Positions 39,548-51,720 of a stretch of 64,000 nt of DNA are shown here, one piece after another. The stretch covers positions 180,854,001 to 180,918,000 of the forward strand of contig OZ024742.1 in the NCBI GenBank assembly GCA_964016885.1, read 5' to 3'. How positions within the stretch are numbered: position 1 is the first letter of the stretch; every line of letters starts with the position of its first letter. The stretch comes from Eledone cirrhosa (Eukaryota). The notes beneath the pieces were generated by a model. The model was not told the DNA's origin. It did not search any database and was given only the letters and a program-made list of their open reading frames with translations. The position numbers and the translations under genes are program-made.

Positions 39548-39791
39548 GTGAGAAAGGAGAAGAAAGAGGAGAGGAAGGGAGCACCCGCTTTTTGTGCTCC
39601 TGGGGAGGAGCGTTGCACATTATTTTCGGGGTGTGTGCGACCCACGTCAATGCCCACTCCCTATTGAGGACTTCGATTGTTGAATTTTATTTGTTATATG
39701 TTTTTACACGTCCTTTGAAATGTATGTAAACTCCCCCCCTCCCTTGTACTTGTCCCAATCATTGGTGCCCTGGTGGCAAATAAATAGAAAG

Positions 39792-39825
<34 letters not shown>

Positions 39826-39835
39826 CTACATATAT

Positions 39836-42800
39836 ATCATCATCATCATCATTTTACGTCCACCTTCTCCCTGCTTGCAAGGGTGGGACAGCTTATTCAG
39901 CACAGCATCTCTCCACATGTCACGGTCCTTTGTCATCTCCACCGTGAGCTTCAGCAATCTGAGGTCTGTTCTCACCACCTCCACCCATGTTTTTCGTGGT
40001 CTACCTCTATGACGTCTTCCTTCAACTGTCATATCCTGGCACTTCTTCACCCATCAGTCATCCTCCATGCGCATCACATGTCCATACCACCTCAGTCTTC
40101 TCTCTCGCACACTACATTCTATCCCTCTCAGACACAGTTTCTCTCTCAACACATTCATGCTGGTTCGTTCACGCACATTGACACTGCACATCCAACGGAG
40201 CATGCTTGCCTCATTTCTCTCCAGCCGTCGCATATCCTCTGCAGTTGCTGCCCATGTCTCCCTACCATACAGCATCGTGCTCCTCACACAGCATCATATA
40301 ACCGGCCTTTCGTACGCAGGGAGAATCCCTTCTTTGTCAGCAGAAGAAGCACCTCCCTAAACTTCTTCCAACCCATCCTTATTCTAGATACTATGGCTTC
40401 GGAACACCCCCCTCCCATGCTAATCTGATCTCCTAGGTACCGGAAGCTATCCACCACTTCTATAGCACCCTCCTGTATTTGAAAAATGTGTCTATCAATG
40501 CGACATCTACTGTCTAATTTCCTTGTACATCTACTGCATACTTATTTCTACTTAACTGTTAGTTTGCCTGCTATCCCGCTACATCTCTTGTGTACCCAGG
40601 ATCTGCACTGTGTGCATTTTATAGAACTTATGCCAGTTCCTTTTCTGCATATCGAACATGGCCATTTCCCTGACGGAATCAGAGTGTTGTCCTCTTTTCT
40701 ACTCATCAACACTTTTGTCTTAGCTAGGTTCATTCTCAGTCCTCTTGCTTCCAACAGCTGTTTCCATAGCCAGAATTTATTCTCTAGCTCCTCTACTGAT
40801 TCTGCTATAAGAAGCAGATCGTCAGCATAGAAAATTTCCCATGGACAGCCAGTCTTAAACACCTCTGTTATGGCTTGGCGGACTATAATAAACAAGAGCG
40901 GGATGAGGACCGAACATTGATGTACTCCTACTTGTATTTGGAATTCCTCACTAAACTCCATTCCTACCCTCACTTTACTGACAGTACCTCTGTACAAAGT
41001 TTGCAGTCCTCACAAGCCATTCCTCAACATCTTGTTTCATTAGGGACCACCAGATGACAGATCGGGGTACCCTATCAAAGGCCTTCTCTAGGTCAACAAA
41101 GGCTAAGTATAGTGGCTGATTTTGCTGTAAGAACCTCTCTTGTAATTGTCTCACCAAGAAGAGGGCATCTGTTGTACTTTTCCCAGGCACAAAACCAAAC
41201 TGCAACTCATCTAGTTTGACCCTTTCTCTAATTAGTTGTACTAATATCCTTTCTGCCACTTTCATAACCTGATCCATCAGATTTATACCCCTATAATTGC
41301 TCCTCTCGAGAGCATCCCCTTTACCTTTGTAGCAATTTATGAGAATACTGCTGCACCAGTCTTTGGGTATGACACCACCATATATAGCCTGATTGATGAC
41401 GCGTGCAACCAGTTTAGTGCCTATGTCCACTGATGCCTGCAGCATCTCAGCAACTATCCCCCATGGTCCAGCAGCCTTACCATTTTTCATTTCTTTAATC
41501 GCCTCTTGGACCCTATATTCGTCAATCTCAATAACTGGTCCCTCTGTCGGATCTACTGAGGGTATTTTCTCTCTCTCCCATTCTTTCTCCACATTCATCA
41601 GTCTCTGATAATGACATTTCCAGGCCTCCTTTTTCTGATCATTTGTGACACTAAGTACACCGGCATCATTCCGGACACATTTATCTCCAACAAAATCCTG
41701 ATTTGTATTGAGACACTGCCTTGCAATGTGGAACACCGTACACCTCTGATCTTTCCGTCGCAGAACATTGGCAAACCTCCTTCTCTCAGCCTCCTTGCAT
41801 GCTAAGTACACCTGACGTCTAGCTTCTTTCTTAGCAGCTGTATATCCTTCCCTACTCCCACCATTTTCCCAAGCCTTCCATGCTAGACTTTTGTCTCTAA
41901 TGGCCCTATCTACTGTGCTGTTCCACCACCAGGTCAGTCTCTGTCTGGTTGGAGCTCTGCTCCAGCCAAAGTTTCGTCAGTAGCCTGCAGTAAGTTGTCA
42001 CGTAAGAAATTCCAGTTATTATCTATGTCATATGTCTCTAAATCTTCTTCTTTTTCGTCATATACATCTTGAAGGGCTTTCCTAAATTTGTATTTTAGTG
42101 AAAGGTCTTTTAGCTTCCAGACCTTTCTTCTCCACACCTTCCTGTATGTCTCATTCCATCTCTTGCTTACTGAGATATCACTAACGACTAACCTATGCTG
42201 TGGGGTACATTCTTCCCCAGAGTATGCCTTGGTATTAGACACTATCTGCCTGTCCCACTGCCTAATTAGTAAGAAGTCAATCTGGCTTATGTGCTCGCCA
42301 GATTTGTAGGTTATTAGGTGGTTGGCAGGTTTCTGGAAGTTAGTGTTGCAAATAGTCAGTGTACTTGCATCACAAAATTCAAGAAGTCTCACTCCTTCTT
42401 CATTTCTTGAGCCGTAACCGTGCCCACCATGTACCCCAGTGTAATCATCCTGGAGCTGTCCAACATGACCATTGAAGTCCCCTGCTAGCATAATGATGTC
42501 TCCATCCTCTGTCATTGCGGCTATTTGTAAAAGTTGCTCGTAAAAGCAGTCTTTCTCTTCTTTACCTAGGCCTGCCTGGGTAGCATAGGTACAGATGATT
42601 GTCAGTAGTCTCTTGCCTACAACTAATCTAAGCTTAATTATTCTATTGCTAGCTCTAACTACCTCTATTGTCTTATTGATCCATCTCTCAGCCAGGAAAA
42701 TTCCTATTCCCCCTAACCCATCATCCTTACCTACCCAGAAAAGCTTATAGCTAAGATGTTTGCCTACGACTAGTCTTGCAGAGGCACCACTCCATCTCAC

Positions 42801-43060
42801 ATCTTGCATGCAGCACACATCCACATGCTTTCTCTCCAGCATCTCCGCTATTTCAACAGATCTACCTCTGAGAGTGCCAACATTAAGTGTTGCAACTCTG
42901 AGATGCGACGTCTTCATATTTTGTTGTTGTTCCTCTCTATTTGTTGCTGCGCTGATAAGCGTTTTGGCATTGCTACACTGGTTGGATGCCCTTCCTAACA
43001 CCAGCGCCACTTTACAGCATGGACTGAGTGCTTTTATTTGTGCCACCAGCACTAGAGAGG
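39836..43060 (-). mobile_element. RTE LINE, near full length, frameshifted
   Basis: APE domain (RVATLNVGTL, AGDFNGHVG, QIDFLL, QHRLVV) 41934-42918; RT pieces 40975-41811 and 40548-40997 (FYADD); (GAT)n tail. Confidence 0.95.
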
Positions 43061-43342
43061 ATGTCTTACTAGATTCAAAGACCCTCTCTACCCCTCCATT
43101 TTACAGCATGGTCATAAAAAAAAAAAATAAAAAACCCACTTATTGACACGATACACACACACACACTCACACACCAACACATGCATACAAACTACAAACA
43201 CACACACCACTCACACACCAACACTCATGCATACAAACACACACACCGCTCACATACACACATACACACATATATATATATTACCGTCAGTACTGATACA
43301 AAATCAAAATCATGTCAACTGTTGACTTTATATATATATATA

Positions 43343-43491
43343 ACAAAGAAGGAGTACTCGATACTTAAGGTAGTAGAGTGGGTAATAGGAAAAGAGTCAG
43401 GACCCCTATGGCTGAGTTCTGGCCATTTCAACAACTTGATCTAGCTGTCGAAACGGCCGGTGCTCAGCCGTTGGGGTCCTGACTCTTTTCC

Positions 43492-43494
<3 letters not shown>
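43343..43494. mobile_element. mini fold-back Penelope-like element in (TA)n
   Basis: Arms 43385-43435 / 43444-43494, 42-nt tail 43343-43384, HHR 3' half CGAAAC-GGCC-G. Confidence 0.7.
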
Positions 43495-43540
<46 letters not shown>

Positions 43541-43547
<7 letters not shown>

Positions 43548-44740
43548 CTCAGGAAAGAATCGTTAGACAAGTTTTACGGGTAAAACCAACTGGCAGGAGA
43601 CTCAGGGGTAGACCCTGAGCAAAATGGTTGAATAACATCCAAGAGCTTGGTTAGTCTCACTTGGGGATCATGCCAGACCAGTTGGAGATGGTTACTTCTG
43701 ACAGGACCCTCTGGAAGGAGTGTCTCAGGAATAAGTGGGCAAAGAAGAAGATATATATACATATATGTATATATTCTAACCCCATGCTTATAGTATAGGA
43801 ACTGTGATCTCTCAATTCAGAGAAGTAGTAGCTCTACCTGGAGTGACTGCCTGATCTCCGAAAAATGTACTCTATCACATAATGTTACTCCAAAAACCCT
43901 TTAGAGGAATGCCATTTCGGCCACATGTATTCACAATTGTATTCCTTCGATTATAACACAAGATTCATGACCATAGGTAAGGGTTGGCAGGAATACCAAA
44001 TTGAAGATAGCGAGTTTGGCTTTTACACCTACCTCCCTGGCCCCTAGATAATTGGACTTCTTTACTTGCTTTAGAAGAACTTCCTTCATATGTAGAGTTC
44101 ATTGGCAGGCTTCTTTGAGAGGATGACTGTCTCAGTTTTGCAGCACTGATTTTTATTCCAGCCATGCAACACTCAGTATCAAACCTATAAAGTACAAGAT
44201 GGAGATCACCTTTTGTCGAGTTAAGTAACACCATGTTGTCTGAAAATTCCAACTGAGTGATTTTACACCTGCCAATCATGATACCACTTCCAACCTAGCT
44301 GTACATATCAATCCTGTTCATGTAAATAATTGTTTCTCCTTTGGGCACAAGGCCAGCAATTATCCCAGTGTATTACTGGTACTTTATTTTATCTACCCCG
44401 TAAGGATGAAAAGCAAAGTTAACCTCGGCGGGATTTGAACTCAGACCATAAAGGGCCGTAACTCTTTGCTGCAAAGCATGGCATCCGACCCTCTACCGAT
44501 ACTACATGCAAATAATTGTTTCTACTTTAGGCACAAGGCCAGCAATTACCCAGTACATTACTGGTACTTTATTTTATCGACCCTGTAAGGATGAAAGGCA
44601 AAGTTAACCTCAGCGGGATTTGAACTCAGACTGTAAAGGGACGTAACTATGTTAGAAAGCATGGTGTCTGACGCTCTACCGATTCTGCCAATCTAATAAT
44701 GAACAGGAGAAGTAACATTACTCACCCTTGGTGAGATAGA
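43541..44740. mobile_element. old RTE (Expander-like) fragments
   Basis: Plus strand 43541-43745 RMSQERIVRQVLRVKPTGRRLRGRP; minus strand 43790-44740 RT remnant (QG*VMLLLLFII...LEFSDNMVLL) split by SINEs. Confidence 0.6.
44325..44695 (-). mobile_element. two tandem family A SINEs
   Basis: Copies at ~44325-44505 and ~44512-44695; a partial plus-strand copy at 44818-44912. Confidence 0.9.
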
Positions 44741-45929
44741 TTGCAAAGAATGTAAGAATGCATATTTACAAAGGTAGGGTATTTAAATTTAACAAAGACT
44801 TCAATTATAGATACCTGACTTTAACCTTTCATACTTACAGGGGTCAATATAATAAAGTACCAGTAATGCACAGGGATAATTGCTGGCCTTGTGCCAAAAG
44901 TAGAAACAATTAATCATGTATACTGTCTCACACATTCCATTCAATATTAGGAAAAAAAGCAAGGTTATCAAATTACATCCATTCCTTTATTCCTATGTCT
45001 GTTTCAATACTGCTATAATAGTATATGTATTTGCTGAACAACTGGAAATTATTAGTTAACAATTAACTACGCCATACATATTACCTACAATTCTCATATC
45101 CTCAGGAAATTATAAAGAACAAAAATAAGGTTTATTAACTTCACAAGGTTACAGTTAGAAAAACAATATCAAAATAGTTAGCATAGAGCAAGCAGTTAGC
45201 TTCAAAAAGCATGACTATAGGTTGAGTTACTATTCCTATGTCATTACAATTTACTATCCTATTAGTTTTTGTTTTTTTTGTTTAGTTAGAATGATATCTG
45301 TTATGTGACATTATGGGAGTGGAAACCTATCTAATAGATGGTAGTAAGTGGGTTATGTACTATCTATTTAGAATGTTGTTATTATTTTTCTTTATATAGA
45401 TGGAATAAAGTTTGTTATTAACATAATAGAGGAAATGTTCATAAGAATCAGTGGTAGGCACAGAGAGGGAGATAGAGTTTTATGCAGAGATATAATATAT
45501 AAAAAGAGAAATAATATATATAAAGTATATGCAGCACATGCGGAAATTACCGTATTTATGAGTCCGATTCGAATACAAAAGCAGAGTATTTGTTTCTAGT
45601 TGGTTCAGCATTATTCATGACATTCTGTTTATTTTTTTTCCCTTTTAAAAGGATAAAACTGTTTGTTTTATGTTATTACTATAATATTAGTAAATCTCTC
45701 TCTCTCCCTTTCTCTCTATACATACATACATGTATATATATATATATATATTTATACATATATATATATATACATATATATATACATATATATATATACA
45801 TATATATATTTATATATATATATATATACATATATATATTTTTATATAGATACATATATATATTTATATATATATACATATCAAAGGTATATATTGAATT
45901 AGAAACTCAAAATTGTCTCTTACAATAAA

Positions 45930-46482
45930 TTAGCTGCGTGCAGGAGAGGAGGTTGCATTGGTATGGACATGTGATGCGTATGATGGATGACAGCTGCATA
46001 AAAAGTGCAGAGCACTAGAAGTTGATGGAAGCCGCAGAGTGGGGGAGACTCAAGAAGACCTGGGATAAGGTGATAAAAACCGACCTTACCCAATTACACC
46101 TCTCAAAAGCGATGACACGACCGTGACTGCTGGCACCACGCAGTAATACAGAAGACCTGACTTCCCCCGGGTACAAGCCAAAGCTGAAGCATATAGACAA
46201 TATGCTGCCACCCCCTCCCACTAAAAAGTGGAGATGCCATGGCAAAAAAGTACACAGCCCACACAGTAAAGTGGTTGTGTAGGCTCAACGGCAAAAAATC
46301 ACCCAGCACTCACTGTAAATGAGCTTGGTGTTAGGAAGGGCATCCAGCTGTAGAAATAAAGCTAGAATCAGTTCCCGTATGAGCAAGACAAGGTCAGCCG
46401 ACCGGACACTGCCCACAACAGGACAACACGTCTAACCCATGCTAGCGCGGATGAACGGATGTAAAATGGTGATGATGATGAT
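45930..46482 (+). mobile_element. RTE LINE 3' end with long 3'UTR
   Basis: ERRLHWYGHVMRM...LKKTWDKVI, then tandem units, GGTGTTAGGAAGGGCATCC and (GAT)n tail. Confidence 0.8.
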
Positions 46483-46564
46483 ATATATATGTATATTGGT
46501 GCTCTGAAATAGCGATGTATATATGCATGTATGTATAGTATATTTGGCAATTTAATTAAACAAT

Positions 46565-46907
46565 GGAGGCACATGGCTTAGTGGTTAGAGCATTGGCCTT
46601 GAAATCGAAAGGTTGTGAGTTCAATTCTCAGACCGGGAGATGTGTTGTTTCCTTGAGCAAGACACTTTATTTCACATTGCTCCAGTTTACTCAGCTGTAG
46701 AAATGAGATGATAGGGACTGGGGTCCATATCATTCCACTGTAAAGTGGTCGTGGAGGTGCCACGGCAAAAAAAGCACCCAGCACTCACTGTAAATGAGGT
46801 TGGTGTTAGGAAGGGCATCCATCTGTAGAAATCAAGCTAGAATCAGTTCCCGTCCCACCCTTGCAAGCAGGGAAAAAGCGGACGTAAAATGAAATGAAAT
46901 GAAATGA
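46565..46907 (+). mobile_element. family B SINE, full length
   Basis: GGCTTAGTGGTTAGAGC A-box, B-box, CORE, RTE-derived body and tail; splits TTAATTAAACA|TACGG. Confidence 0.9.
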
Positions 46908-47063
46908 TACGGTATATTGCCAAATATAATATACATACATTCATGCATACATCGCTATTTCAGAGCACCAATCCTAATACTTAATTTTTGCTGGACTGGC
47001 AATCGCTCTGTATAATCAGCTCCTGATTATTACTGGAATTCTATAAGAATCCAGCTTCGATAA

Positions 47064-47151
47064 TTTTCAGCGGCAGAGGAGTGCGTGGCTCTGATGAATG
47101 CCAACCAGCGTGAAACAGACTGTCAGCTTCTCTCTCTTATTTCGCTGAAAA
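47064..47151 (+). ncRNA. canonical type I hammerhead ribozyme
   Basis: GGCU-CUGAUGA-AUGC(caacca)GCGU-GAAA-CAGACUG-UC/AGCU; distal stem I UUUUCAGCG/CGCUGAAAA; predicted cut after C47124. Confidence 0.85.
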
Positions 47152-47289
47152 GAAGTAAGTGACATAGTCACTACCTTAAAACTGATAGTGTATGGTCTTC
47201 TAAATGTTTTTAATTAAACATACGGTATATTGCCAAATATACTATACATACATTCATATATATATATTTATATATATATATATATATAT

Positions 47290-47430
47290 ATATTGTTATA
47301 CTTTGGGAGGGTCATGTTGCCAATAAGAAACACACGCACTTATTGGCAACATGACCCTCCCAAAGTATAACAATATCGGTTTCAACACACGATTTCAGAT
47401 AAAAAATCTTGCTAAACAAATTCAGAAACG

Positions 47431-47431
<1 letters not shown>
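47290..47431. mobile_element. minimal fold-back copy of the 9649-10136 family
   Basis: Perfect hairpin 47291-47327 / 47339-47375 plus tail 47377-47431 homologous to 9649-9702; (TA)n both sides. Confidence 0.85.
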
Positions 47432-47486
<55 letters not shown>

Positions 47487-47584
47487 ATATAAGGTTATCA
47501 AATTCATACATTCTTTATACTTATAACAGAGATATAGATATATACATGTCTGTATATATGTGATGAGCTGAGCGAAAAGCTGGA

Positions 47585-47852
47585 TTTAAAAGGAATCTGA
47601 GATGGTATGCAAAAGAGAAGACTGTATTTCTATGGACATGTGATGCTCATGGATGATGATCACTGGGTGAAGTGCCAGGAAATCTCAGTAGAAGTAGAAA
47701 CATGGGCAGAGGTGGTGAGAGCTGACCACAAATCACTGAATCTTATGAAGGAGATGACAAAGGAATATGGTAAGTGGAGAGATGCAATGCTGAGAAGGAC
47801 CCATCCAACCCATGCAAGTGTGGAAAAGCACATGTAAAAACGATGATAATGA
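47585..47852 (+). mobile_element. RTE 3' fragment
   Basis: KRRLYFYGHVM...WAEVVRAD, tail CCCATGCAAGTGTGGAAAA..GATGAT. Confidence 0.75.
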
Positions 47853-49248
47853 TATATAGAATGCACATGGTAGGACATGGAACTATATGTAAGCAAGATG
47901 CAAAATCCCAGCCTGTCTGAGAGGTCAGTGGCTCTGCTTCAGTACTGACTCAGTCTGTGATCCCCATCCAACCCTTGCTAGTAAGGAATGTGGACCTTAA
48001 ATGATAATGATGAGGATGATAATTATATTAATAATATTCATATCATATATTAATACGTTCATTGTCATATTTCTAATGAAAGATAGTGCCTATGATTTTC
48101 AAATTTGGCGGTATTAAGTGAAATAACTCACTTTCTTATTATAAAGATGGTGTTTTGAACGTACCTTAGCAAAAATTCTTATATAAAATTATGATGGAAT
48201 GTTTTTAGATGAATATAAACATTTTGATATAAACAATTTTTATCATAGAATAAAGAATGGTTTCAGGCAGTTTGGTATCAAAAGGGTAAATACATAGCTA
48301 TGGCTCAACCTACCAACTTATCACTTTTTATAACATTCTAGCATACCATGCTAAAACATCAAATAACACATTGTATAAAGTAGCTCTAGATACAATAGAT
48401 CAGCATAAAAGATTTGAGGGTCATGGCCAGAACGTCTTTTATGGCAGATTTGTTCAGTGGTGGTTAACATGTAGCTAAATGTGAACAATACAAACAGAAA
48501 CAGCCATTGAAGAATAGAAAATATATATTTTTCATTGGGAGTAAGAGCACAGTGGGAAATCTTCAGCAACCTCTGAGGGAGTAAGATATCCCTTAGAAAT
48601 ATTGCTGGCGGGGTTCATATCCTAACATCAAATCTCAGCTTAGTTTTAGTGAAACCATAAAAATCTCAATGGTCCCATCAACATCATGGTAAATAAAAAC
48701 TGAGACAACAACTGTGTAATTGATGGTTTTGTCTTGTTATGTTATATCAGTGATCAGCCTATCCTATGAGACTAAAGAAAGCAATTGTAAGACAATGTAA
48801 AAAGCATTCTAGTATATTCTTCTTTGATTTCTATGACCTACTACTGCTGTTTGGTTATAAAACATCACAACAAACACTACAATTTTTCTAATACAATCAT
48901 TTATTAATCCTATTCTTAGAAACAAATTCTAAAACACAGAGTCCCCTATGAATTTCACTCAACATCAAATGTATTTGAGATTTCATTGTTTTTCTCCTCT
49001 GACAGATATTTCATTGCCAGAACAATGTTTTAACCAAATAAAGTACATATAGTTCAGCCTTTGATTTACTATTGAATTCATTATTATAAATCTCTATAGC
49101 ATATATGGATATATATAAATAGATTGATAGCTAAATAGATAGATAGATTCTCTATGTCTCTATGTATGTATGTGTGCATGCAATTATATATATTTGCCCC
49201 ACACGCATACACACACTTGTGCATATACACACACAAATACACACACAT

Positions 49249-49279
<31 letters not shown>

Positions 49280-49519
49280 ATAAACAAAAGGCAGTTACTT
49301 TCTTATTATAACAAAACTCCGGATAAACATATACTGTTGAGTACTTGGTATCTGTTATATAAAAGTTAGCTGATTTTAAATCAACTAACTCTCTTTAATT
49401 GAACAATCTTGCCTCAAGTGGGACAAACCCATCCAACCCATGCTAGCGTGGAAGATGGACATTAAACGATGATGATGATGATTATACCTTAGTTAATTCC
49501 TTAGTTCATCTGTGCTTTG

Positions 49520-49775
49520 TTGTTCTCTCATATAAACATTGCATATCCTTCAAAGCATGCTTGCCTATGTCTCACTACCATACAGCGTGGCACTTTGCAC
49601 ACAGGCATCATAGCTGACCTTTCATTTGTAGAGAGAAACCTTTTGTTGTTAGAAGGGTAACAGTTTCAATAAACTTTTTCCAGCCAATCCTTATTCTAGA
49701 TATTATGCTTTCTGAGTACCTTCCTCTACTGCCAATTATATCACCCAGGTAGCAAAAACTATCACCCACTTCTGG
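49520..49775 (-). mobile_element. RTE RT fragment
   Basis: Homologous to 28480-28730 (FCYLGD...RIGWKKF). Confidence 0.7.
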
Positions 49776-50787
49776 GATTGGAAAAGCTTCATACTCATCA
49801 TCATCAACGTTTTTACAACCATTTTTCTAGATGGGTCAATGTAACAACATCTCACTCATATGTTCTAAATTTTAGTATGGTTTCTATGATCAGGCATTTT
49901 TCCTACCAACCACTTTACAGTGTGTACTTGTTGCATTTTATCATGGCTTCAGCACTCACTCTATAAAGTTTACTGAGAATATTTCATCCTGGCAGGAGCA
50001 TTAGACAAGATGTCTTGCCCTTGACAAGATTAAAGAGTCTGCTTTACTCTATAATGTCTCTGTTTGATTTTTAACAGATTGTACTGGGTGCATTTTATAA
50101 TGGCAACAGTGCTAATTTTTTATAAAGAGTATTGAGTGTATTTTATCATGGCACAAATTCCAAAGAGGATACATCCTTGGCAAAATTAAATGCCCTCTTT
50201 ACTTTACATTGTTTCTGTCCAACTATTCAACACTTTACAAAGGGTACTGAGTTCACTTTATCATTGTGGCAACAATATTGAGTTTGCCTCACTCTTACAT
50301 AGTAAAAAGGGTTCTCTCTATTCTATGTCATTTCTATTCTTTCAAGACAGAAGTGCCTGAAAAAACTGGTGTTGGATAGCAATAGAGAAGTTTGATGATG
50401 AGATTAGTGGATGACAGCTTGGAGTCTCAGAGGAGAGAAAGTGTGTGTGAAGTGCAGGTAGAGGGGGGTATCAGGGTTATATAACAGTACAAGTGAATGA
50501 TAGCTACATGTTAGGTCTTTTGCAAGAGATTAAATAATAGGAGTGTGAAGGTGCCATGGTAGCAATGGGAGATAGGGATTTATAGCAACAGAGGAGTGTG
50601 ATGGTGAGTTGAGAATAACAGCTAAGTCTCATTAGGAAGAAGCTGATGGTAGTGGTTGTGGTATTGATATTGTACATTTTTTTGTTTATTTATTTAACCA
50701 ATTTAAACATCCGTATAGAGGTAGTTTTTTTTAAAGTTTTTTTTTTAAATTTATTTAACCAATTTAAACATCCGTATAGAGCTAGTA

Positions 50788-51010
50788 GTGAAGGCATGTG
50801 GCTGAGTGGTTAGAGAATTGGATTCGCAATCGTAAGGTTGTGAGTTTGATTCCTGGACCAGGCGACGCGTTATGTCCTTGAGCAAGACACTTTATTTCAC
50901 GTTGCTCCTTCTACCTGGAGTTGCAACTGATAGATAGTATTAGCAATTGGAAAGACCAACGGAAACATTGTTCCCTCGGTCCGATTTGACGAAAGTCGAT
51001 CGTTCCTTTA
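50788..51010 (+). mobile_element. tRNA-CORE SINE with alternative structured 3' tail
   Basis: GGCTGAGTGGTTAGAG head, CCTTGAGCAAGACACTTTA core, tail with hairpins (TGAC-GAAA-GTCG); TATAGA(G/A)CTAG TSD-like flanks. Confidence 0.7.
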
Positions 51011-51175
51011 TAGAACTAGTTAGCCATGGCAGGATAGGGGAGGTAGCCAGTACCCTTTACAGTTAAGATCCCAAAACAAGACAGAGTGAGAGAGAGAAAC
51101 AGAAAGAGAAAGAAACAAAATAAGTTCAATGGGAGACAAAAAAGTGTGATAAAAATAAAAGTGATATGCTTACTT

Positions 51176-51720
51176 CTAGCTAAGTATTCTTCTCACTAGG
51201 AATACAGCATCAGCAATGCTTCTCTCCAGCACAAACCAAAACTGTGTCTCACAAAGATTAATTCTGTCGCTAATCAATTGTGTTATCTTTCTTTCTATGA
51301 TTTTCATAACCTGATCCAACAATTTCATGTATCTGCTTCTCTCTAGTGCAGGCATGTCAAACTGAGGGTCCCCCGAGGGCCACATTTTTATTTTATATTG
51401 AAGATAAAACATGTCCGCGCAGTAAAAACCCTTCCGTGTGCTGTAGGAGTGCTTGTAAAGGGCCGCATGCTCTAGTGCATCATCTTTAAGTTTTTAGCAA
51501 TTAACAGTGTTGCTGTTTCACCAGGCAATGAGTATGACACCTTCCTACTGATTTATTAATCAACTGACTATTCTGTGTTCTATTCTATTAGACAGTGTAA
51601 TGATTTCAGCAACAATCCCTGATAAACTAGCTGTCTTCTTTATCTTTATATCAGTAATCATTGTCTACCATAATGTTGTCAACTTTGATAGTTGGTCCAT
51701 CTGTTGGGTATGTTTCAAAT
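51176..51720 (-). mobile_element. old RTE RT fragment interrupted by a MITE
   Basis: ALERSRY.KLLDQVMKI...QFWFV..RSIADAVFLVR. Confidence 0.7.
51349..51469. mobile_element. hAT (Charlie-type) MITE with 8-bp TSD, right TIR deleted
   Basis: TSD CTCTAGTG at 51341-51348 and 51470-51477 (fits the NTCTAGAN preference); left end CAGGCATGTCAAACTG. Confidence 0.75.

Larger units (their letters stand above)
34865..39792 (+). mobile_element. Tx1-clade (L1 group) LINE, near full length, in (TATC)n
   Basis: ORF1 with CCHC knuckle, APE start, RT, Cys-rich C-terminus, 3'UTR with AATAAA; (TATC)n on both flanks. Confidence 0.9.
46495..47257 (+). mobile_element. retrozyme-like element (313-nt unit plus inverted arm), interrupted by a SINE
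   Basis: Direct repeat TACGGTATATTGCCAAATATA at 46908 and 47221; inverted arm 46495-46551 vs 46916-46972; canonical HHR. Confidence 0.8.

Noticed and set aside
46565-46640. tRNA gene
   Set aside because: A/B boxes belong to a SINE head; no acceptor stem, and it continues into CORE sequence
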